In this document: one piece after another, positions 29,256 to 40,437 of the stretch
How positions within the stretch are numbered: position 1 is the stretch's first letter
Layout of the letters: each line of letters opens with the position of its first letter
Assembly: GCA_020184695.1 (NCBI GenBank)
Contig: JAANOX010000042.1
Span: 186,001-250,000, forward strand
Source: Histomonas meleagridis 2922-C6/04-290x
Lineage: Eukaryota; Protista; Parabasalia
Length of the DNA stretch: 64,000 bases
Reading direction: 5' to 3'
Program-made: the position numbers and the translations under genes
Notes under the pieces: model-generated
What the model was told of the DNA's origin: nothing
The model's input: the letters and a program-made list of their open reading frames with translations, nothing else
Database searches by the model: none

Positions 29256-32057
29256 TTAAAAAACATTTAAAACCTGGTAAACAACTGACAGGTTCTCTGG
29301 AGGTGGTCTCCATTCAAACAATATTTTCCTTAAATTATCTAATTCCTCATTTGACAATGCTCCATTTCTTATAGCTCCACAAATCAATTGTAATGATCTT
29401 ATGCAGAGTTCATCATTTTTTTCCATTTGCTTTATTGTATCAATGAAATTTAAAAATGCATCTAGATCAAAATTATTGCATTCGCCTGCAATCTGAATTA
29501 CACTTTCCAAGAATGCCCTTGGCTGTGATGTTACCATGATAACTCTTAACATATCATTTACACATTCGTTGAATATGTTTTTGTTTTTCGCAAGTTCAAA
29601 TAAAATATTAACAAATGCATCTACATCTCCTGTAGCAACGTTACCCCTTGAGAAGAAGATTGATAATCCATGAATTGCGATTGCGATGGCATCTAAATTT
29701 GAACCCTTTGTCATGCACATTAATGTCATTACGAGTTGTGGTACAACGTCGTCTTGTGGGACGTGTGTTATGTATAATGCGCAACATTGTGCATAGAATG
29801 GTAAAAAATCTGGTAATGTCTCGAAATCGAAATAATTGATGTCAATAAAGTTGTCCTTAACAATCTGTGGTACGAATATTTCCTGGATTATTTTGCATAA
29901 GCATTTTATGAGCATAATCAATTTATCATATTCACCAATATCCAATTCATTTCCATTTTTTCTGTATTGGAGAACGAATTCATAGCAATACTTTACCAAT
30001 TGTGGAAATACATGGATTGATTCTTGCTTTTTTTGCTCGCCGAAAAAACTTGATTCGACGATCGCCTCATACAATTTTGCGAACGCTACAACGACGATAT
30101 AAAACTTTTCACATTTAAATTTTTCCAAAAAGTAAGCATAAACATGAGTAAATAATTCAATATTTTCATCGAACGTGTTCAAAAAGTCTGCGAGTAAATT
30201 TATCAATGCCTCTTTCAAATAGAAATCAACCGCAAAATTCAATGCTTCGAATTCTTCGATTTTCTTTAATTGATCAAATGCAAACCCAACAAAAAACTTA
30301 AGATATTTTCCCTCAAAATTCGGGAAAACACCTGTTAAATATGGGATAAATGATACAATTGTTGTTAATTCACCGGACGAAAATTTGATTTCTTCAGAAC
30401 TTAATAATGACATGATAAAGTTACCAATTTTGTCTTCAAATTGCGCTACATCTGGTCCTATTGAAGCGAGAGTCAACAAGTATTCTTTACTAATTAGACA
30501 AACAATATTTTCTCTGCTACAAAACTGATCAATTGTTTGTACTAAAAAATTTAAAGTATGGTCATGGCCGGCGGATTTAGATACAAATGGTAGTGAATCA
30601 AGACAATATCCAATTCTTTCAGGTGCATTTTTACATATGAATAAAATTTTATCAAGTAATTCAATTCCGACTTGATTATATTTTTGTGGATCAATATAAC
30701 ACAACGAAGCTACGCAATGGATTACTTCAATGCTTTGATGTCTAAAATAAAGTTGTAAAATGTCATCTGCAATTGCTTCAAGAATTTCTTTTTTAGCTTT
30801 ATAACACCATGATGTAAATACTTTTAATGCTCTACGATCACCATATGTATTAAATGATATAAGTAATTGATTTCCTATTTGAATAAATTCTTCATCTGTT
30901 AATCTGTTATAAAATGATTTGATAAAATTTTGCATTATTTTGAGCCCATTTTTTCGCACGAAAAAATCGGGATCAAGTGAATAAACAAGTGCTAGAGGAA
31001 CTTGTTCAATAGAAAATGAGAAATATAAAAAAGTGGATGCAATATATTTGTTGTCACTTTTGGATAATTCTTTGAAAATTGGAATAAACAAAATGAAGTC
31101 TTCTGTTTGATTTATTACATCAAGAGCGTTAAAAGTCTGTTTGTAAAGTTCTGAATTTTTGTGCGGTTGTTGGATGATGAACAAGATGAACGGAAACAAG
31201 TTAGAAGAATTCTTATAAAAATATTGACAAGCAAATTTACTGCTCATAATAATACAAAAAAATACATACATACAATTGACCCGATGGAGTTCATCTAATT
31301 GTTCATTGGCACTATAAAATAATAAAAGATCAACAAATTGGGCAATAAATTCTAAAGGATAAAACAGTGGTGATGAAGCAAGGTGTTTGACAACTTTTGG
31401 AATAGTTTCTGTAAATAAAACAGGTGATAACGATTTCAAAATTAAAGGAACATCTGGCATATCAACAGAGAGAATATTCTTTGCAGAAACACCTAAGATA
31501 AATAAAAGTGAGGCAGCACGAATTTTCTCGTCAGGATCATCAAGTTTGATTAAAGGAAGAATGCCTCCAAAAACTCCTGGAATTGGGTGATAAAGAAACC
31601 ATTCATTAAAAAAACATAATGCTTGGTATTTGTATTTCCCTAAAAGAGAGTATAAGAAAAAATCTAGAATCTGTCCTGCTTGATATAGATTATCAAATTT
31701 TAAATAAACAAAGTATAATTCACTGAATAAAAGAAATATATAATTTATCATTTGGTCTGGTAAATCTGGTGAATCCAATATGTCAACACATTTTTGTCGA
31801 ATTTCAGATAAGATTTCGGGATTTTTTACAGCAACCTGAAGCTTAAGATAGTAAGATAAGCGAACCAAAGCTGAGAATCTGTCACTTGAATTGAGATTTG
31901 AAAGTAAAATTTTTAAGAGTGATACTGCAACTTCATCTGGGTTTTTTTCTTGGTACTGAAAAAATGCATTTACAGCGGCTTCTCGTATGTCGTTATTATT
32001 ATTTGTGAATTCATGAATGCATTTATAAATTTCTTGGTCGAATTCCGTGTTTTGCAT
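29256..32057 (-). CDS. Importin-beta/karyopherin-like HEAT-repeat protein (divergent)
   Basis: N-terminal DIREAAVNAFFQYQEKNPDEVAVSLLKIL...ALVRL fits the importin-beta N-terminal pattern. All-helical, 933 aa. Confidence 0.6.
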   Translation of the reverse strand: MQNTEFDQEIYKCIHEFTNNNNDIREAAVNAFFQYQEKNPDEVAVSLLKILLSNLNSSDRFSALVRLSYYLKLQVAVKNPEILSEIRQKCVDILDSPDLPDQMINYIFLLFSELYFVYLKFDNLYQAGQILDFFLYSLLGKYKYQALCFFNEWFLYHPIPGVFGGILPLIKLDDPDEKIRAASLLFILGVSAKNILSVDMPDVPLILKSLSPVLFTETIPKVVKHLASSPLFYPLEFIAQFVDLLLFYSANEQLDELHRVNCMYVFFCIIMSSKFACQYFYKNSSNLFPFILFIIQQPHKNSELYKQTFNALDVINQTEDFILFIPIFKELSKSDNKYIASTFLYFSFSIEQVPLALVYSLDPDFFVRKNGLKIMQNFIKSFYNRLTDEEFIQIGNQLLISFNTYGDRRALKVFTSWCYKAKKEILEAIADDILQLYFRHQSIEVIHCVASLCYIDPQKYNQVGIELLDKILFICKNAPERIGYCLDSLPFVSKSAGHDHTLNFLVQTIDQFCSRENIVCLISKEYLLTLASIGPDVAQFEDKIGNFIMSLLSSEEIKFSSGELTTIVSFIPYLTGVFPNFEGKYLKFFVGFAFDQLKKIEEFEALNFAVDFYLKEALINLLADFLNTFDENIELFTHVYAYFLEKFKCEKFYIVVVAFAKLYEAIVESSFFGEQKKQESIHVFPQLVKYCYEFVLQYRKNGNELDIGEYDKLIMLIKCLCKIIQEIFVPQIVKDNFIDINYFDFETLPDFLPFYAQCCALYITHVPQDDVVPQLVMTLMCMTKGSNLDAIAIAIHGLSIFFSRGNVATGDVDAFVNILFELAKNKNIFNECVNDMLRVIMVTSQPRAFLESVIQIAGECNNFDLDAFLNFIDTIKQMEKNDELCIRSLQLICGAIRNGALSNEELDNLRKILFEWRPPPENLSVVYQVLNVF

Positions 32058-32745
32058 TTTGACCGTTTATTATTACGCGAATTTAAATCATTTTATTCTC
32101 AATAACTTTTGTTTACAAAGGAAGCAATCTCATTCATACAGTAGCAAAGTCTAATGGAAATCCTCAAATGTACAAAACATTGAGTAAATTGTCTTTATTT
32201 AAATGAGGAAAATAATTTGAAATTTACTTTTCAAAAAAATAAAAATCATCTTTTTATATCATGTATAAAATTGTGTTTTTAATGTTTTGCAAACTTCTGT
32301 TCATCTATTTTCAGTTTTATTTAAGTAAAATTAAATAATAAGTTCATCATGACTCAAAGAAAACATATAAATCTTGTAGCAAGAAGGAAAATGTTTGCAA
32401 TCATAAATAATCATTTTTTCTCATTTTTTGATTCTCTCCTTAAACACAACATAAAGTTATATATATATATATATATTAATATAACGAAAATATTTAGTTT
32501 TATTTTGAAGTTCCGACTCTTTTTCTTAAATACGTCCGTACGCACTTTGGGTAACCCCATTTATCTCCAGATCTTCACAAACTTTTAATATGACTTAAAC
32601 AACATATAAAATTACTTCCTTCGAAACTCGATAATGCGCTGCCACAAACCATTTCCTGTTTTGTCTGCAGACGTTATATTTCCCATCAGTAAACAATGTG
32701 AAGAAGTTACTAACAAAAATAAATTTTATATATTTATTCAAAACA

Positions 32746-34305
32746 TTATTCTATATGAGGTAATTCACATGCAATTGTTACCTTTGTAATTTGATGCAAA
32801 TTGTTATTATTATTATTATTGTTATTTGATTTCATTTCTTCCTTCTTTTTAATTCTTTTCCTTACCTCCAATGGATCAGCTGCTATTCCAGCGTTAACCA
32901 TTCTTTGTGTTCCAGGGCTTTTAGCGCTAGTTCTCCCATAATACTTCAGCCCACTTTGATGTTGCATCATTGCCTTTATCGGCATGTAAAGCTGTGAATT
33001 TTCTGATACTGGCAAAATTTGCTGCCAATTTGAATTTGAATTGTTTCCGTTTGTTAGCGCATCAAGTCGCAGATGTTCAAATGCTTCTTTGATCATTGAC
33101 TCCTTCAAGCCCAATTCGAAAGGCGCTGTCACTTGTAGCGATGGTCTATCATTCAGTTCTAATACCATTGGATGTCCTTCGGTATCTAAAATTATATCAA
33201 TTCCTAATATATGAAAATAATGCTGCGCTTCAGTCAACACACGTTCTTTAACAGGAATAGAATCATATGGTAACTTAGGACTTTCATTATTATCAAAATT
33301 TGGAATATGCGTGTTCGTTGTAATGATTTTCTTCTTTCGCTTTTTGGTGGATGCTCGTTTCTTTTGTGCGCCTATAAAATTATAATGTGAACTTTTATCC
33401 CATAATGGACGTCGTGGTACAATGAGTTTTGGCGCATTAGGATCAAGTAATTTTGTTGCTAATGGAGCTCCGCCATTAAGTGGAAGTGTAGCTATTATAG
33501 ATGGATATAAGCCAACTATAGTCAGTACAGTAGCTGTACAAATCTCATCCCATACGCGTGAGCATTGAGGCTTAAGAGAGACAACAGTACGAAGAACTTC
33601 GGACGCAGGACGAGTGAACTCCTCAGGTTTGATGTCGTGGCACTTTTTGTTGATGGCGGTGTTGGTGAGAAGAGAAAATGGATTTTCTCCGGCGGAACGC
33701 GACGGCGGGGAATAAGGCTGTGTGCAGAAACGTGCTATACCTTCGCGGTATATAAAGACGGCAAGAGGATCTAAGGATGAGATTAAAACATAAAAACGGA
33801 AATCAAATTTCTTTTTGTCAATTAGAAATGGATTAACAAGAAGTTGTGCTATGGATGGTGTGGTAATGTTGTTAGCTTCTTGCGTGGATTGAATAAAATG
33901 AATGCCTTTGCCACAACTGCCTGCTCTGGGCTTGATTACCCATGTTGGCGCAACTGCTGTTTGATTACAGATGTGGATATGATCTCGCTCAAGTTCAGGG
34001 AGTTCACCTGGTAGACAGTATGTGTGAGGATAGAATTCGAAATATGTTGGAAAAAACGATTTGATTGCATTAAGTTCTGAAAACATAGTAGACTTGAAAC
34101 ATAAAAAATCCATGCATGGGATTTTGTTGACACGTTGATATGGAAGAAGAGCTTCGGCTTCAGCAATTGATATAATACCGTCAATCCATATCAACGGAGG
34201 ATTTTGCTCCTTAGGAACACTCACAAAACCAAATTGTTCAAGAGCTTCGATTGATGTCTTGTATTTTGCACGTGTGGCATCAATCTCTGTTCCTTTTGTT
34301 ATCAT
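32746..34305 (-). CDS. Tubulin-tyrosine ligase-like (TTLL) glutamylase/glycylase family protein
   Basis: WVIKPRAGSCGKGI, KKFDFRFYVLI, LTNTAIN and GIDIILD...VLELNDRPS motifs. Confidence 0.92.
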   Translation of the reverse strand: MITKGTEIDATRAKYKTSIEALEQFGFVSVPKEQNPPLIWIDGIISIAEAEALLPYQRVNKIPCMDFLCFKSTMFSELNAIKSFFPTYFEFYPHTYCLPGELPELERDHIHICNQTAVAPTWVIKPRAGSCGKGIHFIQSTQEANNITTPSIAQLLVNPFLIDKKKFDFRFYVLISSLDPLAVFIYREGIARFCTQPYSPPSRSAGENPFSLLTNTAINKKCHDIKPEEFTRPASEVLRTVVSLKPQCSRVWDEICTATVLTIVGLYPSIIATLPLNGGAPLATKLLDPNAPKLIVPRRPLWDKSSHYNFIGAQKKRASTKKRKKKIITTNTHIPNFDNNESPKLPYDSIPVKERVLTEAQHYFHILGIDIILDTEGHPMVLELNDRPSLQVTAPFELGLKESMIKEAFEHLRLDALTNGNNSNSNWQQILPVSENSQLYMPIKAMMQHQSGLKYYGRTSAKSPGTQRMVNAGIAADPLEVRKRIKKKEEMKSNNNNNNNNNLHQITKVTIACELPHIE

Positions 34306-34646
34306 GCCGCAAAATGTTCAAACATTTTTTGTTTGAATTTTCTGTGACGATAACTGATTTTGTGAGAATGGTATTCAATGCTTTTGGCTTTTCAATGACC
34401 ATAATTTTCTTCATAAATCGATGAGCCTTTTGTACGTTTAAAAAAGAAAACTTTTTATAATAAACCGTAGAGCTTTGGTCGATTTCAACAGAATTAATGT
34501 TCAAAAATTTGTTTGCGCTCTTAAAAAGTTGGATCATTTTTCACAAGTTTATGTTACATAAAATTCTGGATGAACCACAAACCAAACTGTGAAAACAAAA
34601 GAATGTCATATAATAAAATCGCTTTTTTACATTTATTCAAAACAAA

Positions 34647-36116
34647 TCATAGTTCGTAAGGTTCATATATGTCAGGATCTGTTGGAAGAGGTGTAAATTT
34701 TTTAATTGATTCCACTAACTCTGTATAATTGAAGCATGATTTCATCTTCTTGGGATAACTATGCGTTTCCCATTCGATAGTGATGTCAAATGCTTCAAAA
34801 AGAAATCCATTTTTATTTTGATGAATCATCTCAATAACCGAAGAATATGGAATTACTGAGTAACAACACAAACCCTGGTTAGGGTTGGAAATGTTTTTAG
34901 GAAGAAAAGCAAGACTTATGTAATCAGATAAAATTTCAATTTCTTTTTCTACTGGTTCTGTTGTATTACTCCATTCTATAACTTTGTTATCTGAAACGTA
35001 AGCATAAAACATTGATTTGTTGCAAAAATCTTCGTTAATACATTCTAACTCTGTATAATTGCACTGAGAACTTTCGTTTAAAAAGCAGTCCAAAGTGGTT
35101 GGAATCCACTTCTTAACATCATAAGGATCTGGACATAGTTCGTTTTCTTGTGCTAAGCTTACTTTGGAAGTATAATATTCCATTGAATGACCATATTGAT
35201 GATATTCATCTCTTAATATAAACCCTCCTTTAATGTTATAGGTGTCGTTGATTGGGATCACTAATTCATCATCAAATCCGACAATATCCATTACAACAGA
35301 TTCACCTTTATCATAAACCCCATTCGGATTGGGATGAACAAGATAAGGAGAAGGTGGTGGAAGTGATATATATTTACATTTCAATGAATTATTAAAAGAA
35401 CAATTAAAGTTTCCATGTTTTGATTGGATTTCGAACCGTTTATTTGGTATCGTTAAGCCGACAATAAACGGTCTCTTGTTTTGCACAAAATTTCTTTTGA
35501 TTGTACTGATTCCAGTAAACATCTGAATTTTTTCAATCTCAAATTCGAGAGGGTTTGTTTGCACATCAAAAAATGTTTTCGATGAGAGGGGAAAAAGAAG
35601 TTTTCCGCCTTCTGTGTAGTTCGGGAAGTAATAATAGACATTTCCTGGGGAACCAAATATATATGGTCCCATTTTGTGACCAACATTTGCATTGAGTTCT
35701 TCTATTTTCATATTATGATAAGATTGAATACAAGAAATTAAAGAATCTGGTGAAATGTGTAAATATTCGTTCGAAGAAAGATAGCCAGAAGAAACTCCAT
35801 TCATTCTATATTGGGATTCAAATAAATAAAGTAATCCTAATGTCCATTTTCGACTTTCTTCAAAAGAAAATTCATGGCCAGGAAAAAGATAAACATTTGA
35901 AATAACAAACTGTGTAATTAATTTGTTAATAATGGTCTCTTCAAACAAAGCAATTTTATCGGCTGATGATAATAATCCATACTTAAAAGAAACTGAAAAA
36001 AGTGCAAAGTAACAACACCCAATTGATACGAAAAAACTTATGAGAGAAAGGATTAATGTTGAAACAAGACTTTTTTGTGAAACGCCTGTTTGTTCTGTTC
36101 CAACATTCTCCATCAA
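34647..36116 (-). CDS. Type II membrane protein, probable catalytically dead papain-like (C1A-related) homolog
   Basis: N-terminal TM. SRKW sits where GxCW is expected, followed by FESQYR.NG...GYL...EY. GESVVMDIVGFDD and FILRDEY occupy the His and Asn motif positions. Confidence 0.55.
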   Translation of the reverse strand: MMENVGTEQTGVSQKSLVSTLILSLISFFVSIGCCYFALFSVSFKYGLLSSADKIALFEETIINKLITQFVISNVYLFPGHEFSFEESRKWTLGLLYLFESQYRMNGVSSGYLSSNEYLHISPDSLISCIQSYHNMKIEELNANVGHKMGPYIFGSPGNVYYYFPNYTEGGKLLFPLSSKTFFDVQTNPLEFEIEKIQMFTGISTIKRNFVQNKRPFIVGLTIPNKRFEIQSKHGNFNCSFNNSLKCKYISLPPPSPYLVHPNPNGVYDKGESVVMDIVGFDDELVIPINDTYNIKGGFILRDEYHQYGHSMEYYTSKVSLAQENELCPDPYDVKKWIPTTLDCFLNESSQCNYTELECINEDFCNKSMFYAYVSDNKVIEWSNTTEPVEKEIEILSDYISLAFLPKNISNPNQGLCCYSVIPYSSVIEMIHQNKNGFLFEAFDITIEWETHSYPKKMKSCFNYTELVESIKKFTPLPTDPDIYEPYEL

Positions 36117-36485
36117 TTTTTGACGATCAAAATCAATTCAATACTTTCAAAACGAAAAAAAACAAAAGAAAATAAATAAAAAACTTTAAATTCTTTTTAT
36201 TATGTATATAAAATATTTAAAATAATATGATTTCAGCAAAAAAATCTTCATCTATTTTATGAACATCTCAACTTGCCTAATAAAGCTTGAGTATGATTAT
36301 TTTATCAATATTCAAATTATAAAGTAATTGCCACCAATAACAAGAAATTTATTTGTTTATTGTACAATTTAAATTCATTTAGTGTAAAATTTATAATTTA
36401 TTCACTTTTTGTTTAAGTTTTAGAATAAATAAAATTTTGAAATCTTGTAATTAACTTTTTATTTTTTTTGAATCCACCTAGAAGA

Positions 36486-37793
36486 ATGTTTAATTTTGTT
36501 ATATTTGCTATTTTCCATTTACAATCTCATTCAAGTGTACTTAATTTTTCAAATATATTTGTTGTAGAAGATGTTCCTCATGATGATCAAGTTGATAAAA
36601 TAATATTTTGGGATGGTGTTCATACGATAGGATGGGGCGCATTTAATTCTTGGGATTTATTAAATGAAGTTATAATTTGGCACTCAACATCAATTATTGA
36701 AGATTTTGCATTTAATGATTGTCAAAGTCTAAGAAATGTATTTTTTGGAAACAATATCACAAAAATTGGGAGTAATGCTTTTTCGTATTGTATTTCTCTA
36801 GAAAGTATTAATCTTCCTAATTCTTTAAAAGAGATTGGGACTTTTGCATTTACTCAATGTGTAAATGCAAAAGTTATTAATTTAGGTTATGGAATAGAAA
36901 GAATTGATGATGTAAGTTTTGGTTTCTGCAAATCAGTCATGGGAATTGTCTTTCCAAACTCTTTAATTCGTATTGGAGATGGAATTTTTTTTCACTGTGA
37001 TAACTTAACTTCAGTTGAACTTGGGAATAATCTTCGAGTAATTCCTGATTATGCATTTTGTTTTTGCATGAACTTATTAGAAATTAATCTTAAATTTGTG
37101 CAAATAGTTGCTTTATATTCTTTTTTTAATTGTATAAATTTAAAAAAAATTTATGTAGGAGACTCTCTTTTTGAGGTCAATGCATTTTCATTACAAAATT
37201 GTAAATCTTTAGAAAATATCTTTGTAAGTCCAAATAATAATCATTTTTCAAATTTCAATAATGATGGGATTCTATATGATAAAGGTTTCACAACAATAAT
37301 ATATTTTCCAGAAGGAAAAGTTATAGAAGAATATTTTATCCCTGAAAATATTGAAACTATCGCAGAAAGTGCATTTTTCCATTGTAACAATATTAAATTC
37401 TTTCATATGAATGAAAAGTTAAAAATAATTTCCAGTTTTTCTTTTCAAAGTTGTAATGGTTTAACAATTTTATTTTTCCCTAATTCATTATTAAGAATTG
37501 AAAAATGTTCTTTCCTTAGATGTACAAATTTAAAAATGATTTTTATTGGAAGAAATATCAATGAAATCGGAGAATATGCATTTGCTGAATGCATTTCTCT
37601 CAGATGTGTTTTATATTATGGTGAACAAGAACCGTATGTAGAAAGAAACATATTTTATAAAACTATTTTCTTGAAAATATCTGTTTTGAAGTCATATCAA
37701 GGAAATACATTTGCAGGATTAACTGTATTCAAAGAATACGTTTATGGACAATGCCCACCAATCACATTATATGCTGCTAAATATGGTTTATAA
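36486..37793 (+). CDS. BspA-like LRR_5 (TpLRR) surface protein, no TM anchor
   Basis: Repeated IGxxAFxxCxxLxxIxL units. Likely ATG at 36486 with a hydrophobic leader. Ends shortly after GQCP. Confidence 0.92.
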   Translation: MFNFVIFAIFHLQSHSSVLNFSNIFVVEDVPHDDQVDKIIFWDGVHTIGWGAFNSWDLLNEVIIWHSTSIIEDFAFNDCQSLRNVFFGNNITKIGSNAFSYCISLESINLPNSLKEIGTFAFTQCVNAKVINLGYGIERIDDVSFGFCKSVMGIVFPNSLIRIGDGIFFHCDNLTSVELGNNLRVIPDYAFCFCMNLLEINLKFVQIVALYSFFNCINLKKIYVGDSLFEVNAFSLQNCKSLENIFVSPNNNHFSNFNNDGILYDKGFTTIIYFPEGKVIEEYFIPENIETIAESAFFHCNNIKFFHMNEKLKIISSFSFQSCNGLTILFFPNSLLRIEKCSFLRCTNLKMIFIGRNINEIGEYAFAECISLRCVLYYGEQEPYVERNIFYKTIFLKISVLKSYQGNTFAGLTVFKEYVYGQCPPITLYAAKYGL

Positions 37794-37812
37794 AAATTAG
37801 AATAATGTTCAT

Positions 37813-38262
37813 AATTATTTTTTGTTTAAAAATGAATTTAAATTTCGATCAAAATATTTTTTCTTGTTATTATCACGTTCTTAAACATAAACAAAAATTT
37901 ATTTCAAGTAATATCATTCATTAAAATTATTTTTTGTTTAAAATGCATTTAAATTTCGATCAAAATATTTTTTCTTGTTATTATCACGTTCTTAAACATA
38001 AACAACAATTTACTTCAAGTAATATCATTCATTAAAATTACTTTTTGTTTAAAATGCATTTAAATTTCGATCAAAATGTTTTTTCTTGTTATTATCACGT
38101 TCTTAAACATAAACAACAATTTACTTCAAGTAATATCATTCATTAAAATTATTTTTTGTTTAAAAATGAATTTAAATTTCGATCAAAATGTTTTTTCTTG
38201 TTATTATTACATTCTTAAACATAAACAACAATTTACTTCAAGTAATATCATCATTAAAATTA
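37813..38262. repeat. Tandem array of 4 x ~111 bp
   Basis: CGATC anchors at 37846, 37957, 38068 and 38180 (periods 111, 111, 112). The units are near-identical. Confidence 0.95.
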
Positions 38263-38277
38263 CAGTTTGTTTTTTAT

Positions 38278-40437
38278 TCATGGGTTAACATTTGGCAAAT
38301 TTTCGTATCTCTTCGATTTCCTGTGCCTATACACGAATACAACCACCGCTGCGATAATTATTATAACAATAATTACAACCACAACAGCGATGATAACTGT
38401 TTTATTATTATTACTATCTCCGATTACACCATCCACGGGGCAGCCGTCGACAGCCTTTGCTTTAGCGACATTAATTCCGCAGAATGTCTCACTTCCGTAA
38501 GTGTCCTTAACCATAACCAAACTTACAAAAGTATTCACAAACGAATTATCATATTTTGGATCCTTATCTCCGTAATAATAAACGCAGTTTAAGTTATGGC
38601 ATCCATCGAAAGCATTTTTCCCGATACTTTCGACATTTTCGCCAATAACAATTAAGTTTAAGTTATTACAATTCAAAAACGCGTAACTTCCAATAGTTTT
38701 CACTTTGTTTGGAATTGTAATGTTTGATAATTTAGTACATGTTTCGAATACATTATTACCAATTCTTTGTACATTTTCGTTTAATTTAATGTTTGATAAT
38801 TCTAAACATGATTTAAATGAATAATCATTAATTTCGTTGATCGAATTTGGAATATTAATGTTTTGTAACGCGACACAATATGCAAAAGAATTCGATTCAA
38901 GAAGTGTTATGTTATTTGGTAAGTTAATAGTTGTTAATTTACTACAATTATAGAATAATCCGGATGAAATTAATGTCAATGAATTACTTAAAGTTATTGT
39001 GTTCAAATTTACGCAATTTGAAAATGCGTTCGTTCCGATTTTATTTATCGAATTCGGTAAATTTATGTTATTTAACTTATAACAATTAGAAAATGAATAA
39101 TTTCCAATTTCAGTAATACTTTCGATAAAATTAAATGTCTCCAAATTAATACATTCATAAAATGAATATGATCCAATTGATGTAACTTCTCCTAAAAATG
39201 TAACTTTAGTTAAACCTTTACATGAACGGAATAATGAATCAGAAATCGTATTTATCGATTTGGGAATTGTAAATTCTGTTAATTTTTCACAGTTACCAAA
39301 TGCGTTACTTCCAATGTATGTAATATTTTCATTAAATTTAATTGTCTCCAAATTAATACATGAAGAAAATAATGAATCAGAAATTGTAGTAATTTGTTTT
39401 GGTAGTTCAATGCTTTTAAGTGATTCACATCCTTGAAAAGAAGATGAGTTAATCATTACCAAGTTTTCATTTAATGTAATTGTCGTAAGTGAAATACAAT
39501 TATAAAATGAATAACTTCCAATTTCTTTAACTGAATTTGGAATTCGAATGTTTGTTAATGATTTACAGAATGAAAATGAATATTCGGAAATCGTTTCGAT
39601 GTTTTCATTAAATATAATTTCTGTTAATGATGTGCAATTATTAAATAAATTGCTTTCAATTGTTTTAATTAAATTTGGAAGTTGAATTTTCGTTAATTTA
39701 GTGCAATTGCTAAATGAATGATGTCCAATTGTTTCTAATTTATCACCAAAAGAAATGGAATTTAAAATAGAACAATCACAGAATGAATATGATTCAAGTG
39801 TAACAAGTGAAGATGGCAATGTAATTTGTGTCAAATTCTTGCAACCATAAAATGTAGCATTGCCTAACGATGTAAGACCTGAGCCAAATTGAACATTAAT
39901 TAAAGACCGACATCTAAGGAATGCTGAGTTTTTAATGGATACAACATTATCATTGAGTATTACATTCTTTAAATTGGTGCAAAAAGCAAATGTGCCTGCA
40001 TTAATGGTGGTGACACCACTTGGAATAGTAATATCTGTTAAAGAGCTACAGAAGAGAAATGACACATTTCCAATGAATTTTATATTTGGACCAAAGTCAA
40101 TCGAAGTTAACCTGCCACAAACAGCAAATGCTGCAAAAGGAATTTCTTCAAGATTTTTAATGGTAACATTTTGTAAATAATAACAAAAAGCAAAGGTAAA
40201 GTTTCCAATTGATGTAATTTTTTCACCAAGTATTACTGATTCTATGCTCCATGTACTGAAAGCTGATTCTGGTAATGTGGTAACAGTTTCATCAAATTCA
40301 AGAATTTTTGTTTTATTATGGTATTGTTTGTGCGTCCCTTGTTCAAGATCACTGGCACTTACGATTAGTGTGCTGTTTTCATCTATAAAGATTTGGTGTG
40401 TAATAACAAACAGCGCAAACCAAAACATTTTTGTCAT
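38278..40437 (-). CDS. BspA-like LRR_5 type I membrane protein
   Basis: About 25 TpLRR units, a TM (VIIAVVVVIIVIIIIAAVVVFVY) and a tail containing the YENL YxxPhi motif. Confidence 0.95.
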   Translation of the reverse strand: MTKMFWFALFVITHQIFIDENSTLIVSASDLEQGTHKQYHNKTKILEFDETVTTLPESAFSTWSIESVILGEKITSIGNFTFAFCYYLQNVTIKNLEEIPFAAFAVCGRLTSIDFGPNIKFIGNVSFLFCSSLTDITIPSGVTTINAGTFAFCTNLKNVILNDNVVSIKNSAFLRCRSLINVQFGSGLTSLGNATFYGCKNLTQITLPSSLVTLESYSFCDCSILNSISFGDKLETIGHHSFSNCTKLTKIQLPNLIKTIESNLFNNCTSLTEIIFNENIETISEYSFSFCKSLTNIRIPNSVKEIGSYSFYNCISLTTITLNENLVMINSSSFQGCESLKSIELPKQITTISDSLFSSCINLETIKFNENITYIGSNAFGNCEKLTEFTIPKSINTISDSLFRSCKGLTKVTFLGEVTSIGSYSFYECINLETFNFIESITEIGNYSFSNCYKLNNINLPNSINKIGTNAFSNCVNLNTITLSNSLTLISSGLFYNCSKLTTINLPNNITLLESNSFAYCVALQNINIPNSINEINDYSFKSCLELSNIKLNENVQRIGNNVFETCTKLSNITIPNKVKTIGSYAFLNCNNLNLIVIGENVESIGKNAFDGCHNLNCVYYYGDKDPKYDNSFVNTFVSLVMVKDTYGSETFCGINVAKAKAVDGCPVDGVIGDSNNNKTVIIAVVVVIIVIIIIAAVVVFVYRHRKSKRYENLPNVNP

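Noticed and set aside
8155-34305. Functional cluster of CEP41 with TTLL (tubulin glutamylation), or of DENN, C9orf72-like and Rab
   Set aside because: The genes are separated by many unrelated genes and belong to families that are large in parabasalids, so co-occurrence is expected by chance.
37813-38262. CRISPR-like array
   Set aside because: The whole 111-bp unit repeats with no unique spacers, there are no cas genes, and the context is eukaryotic.
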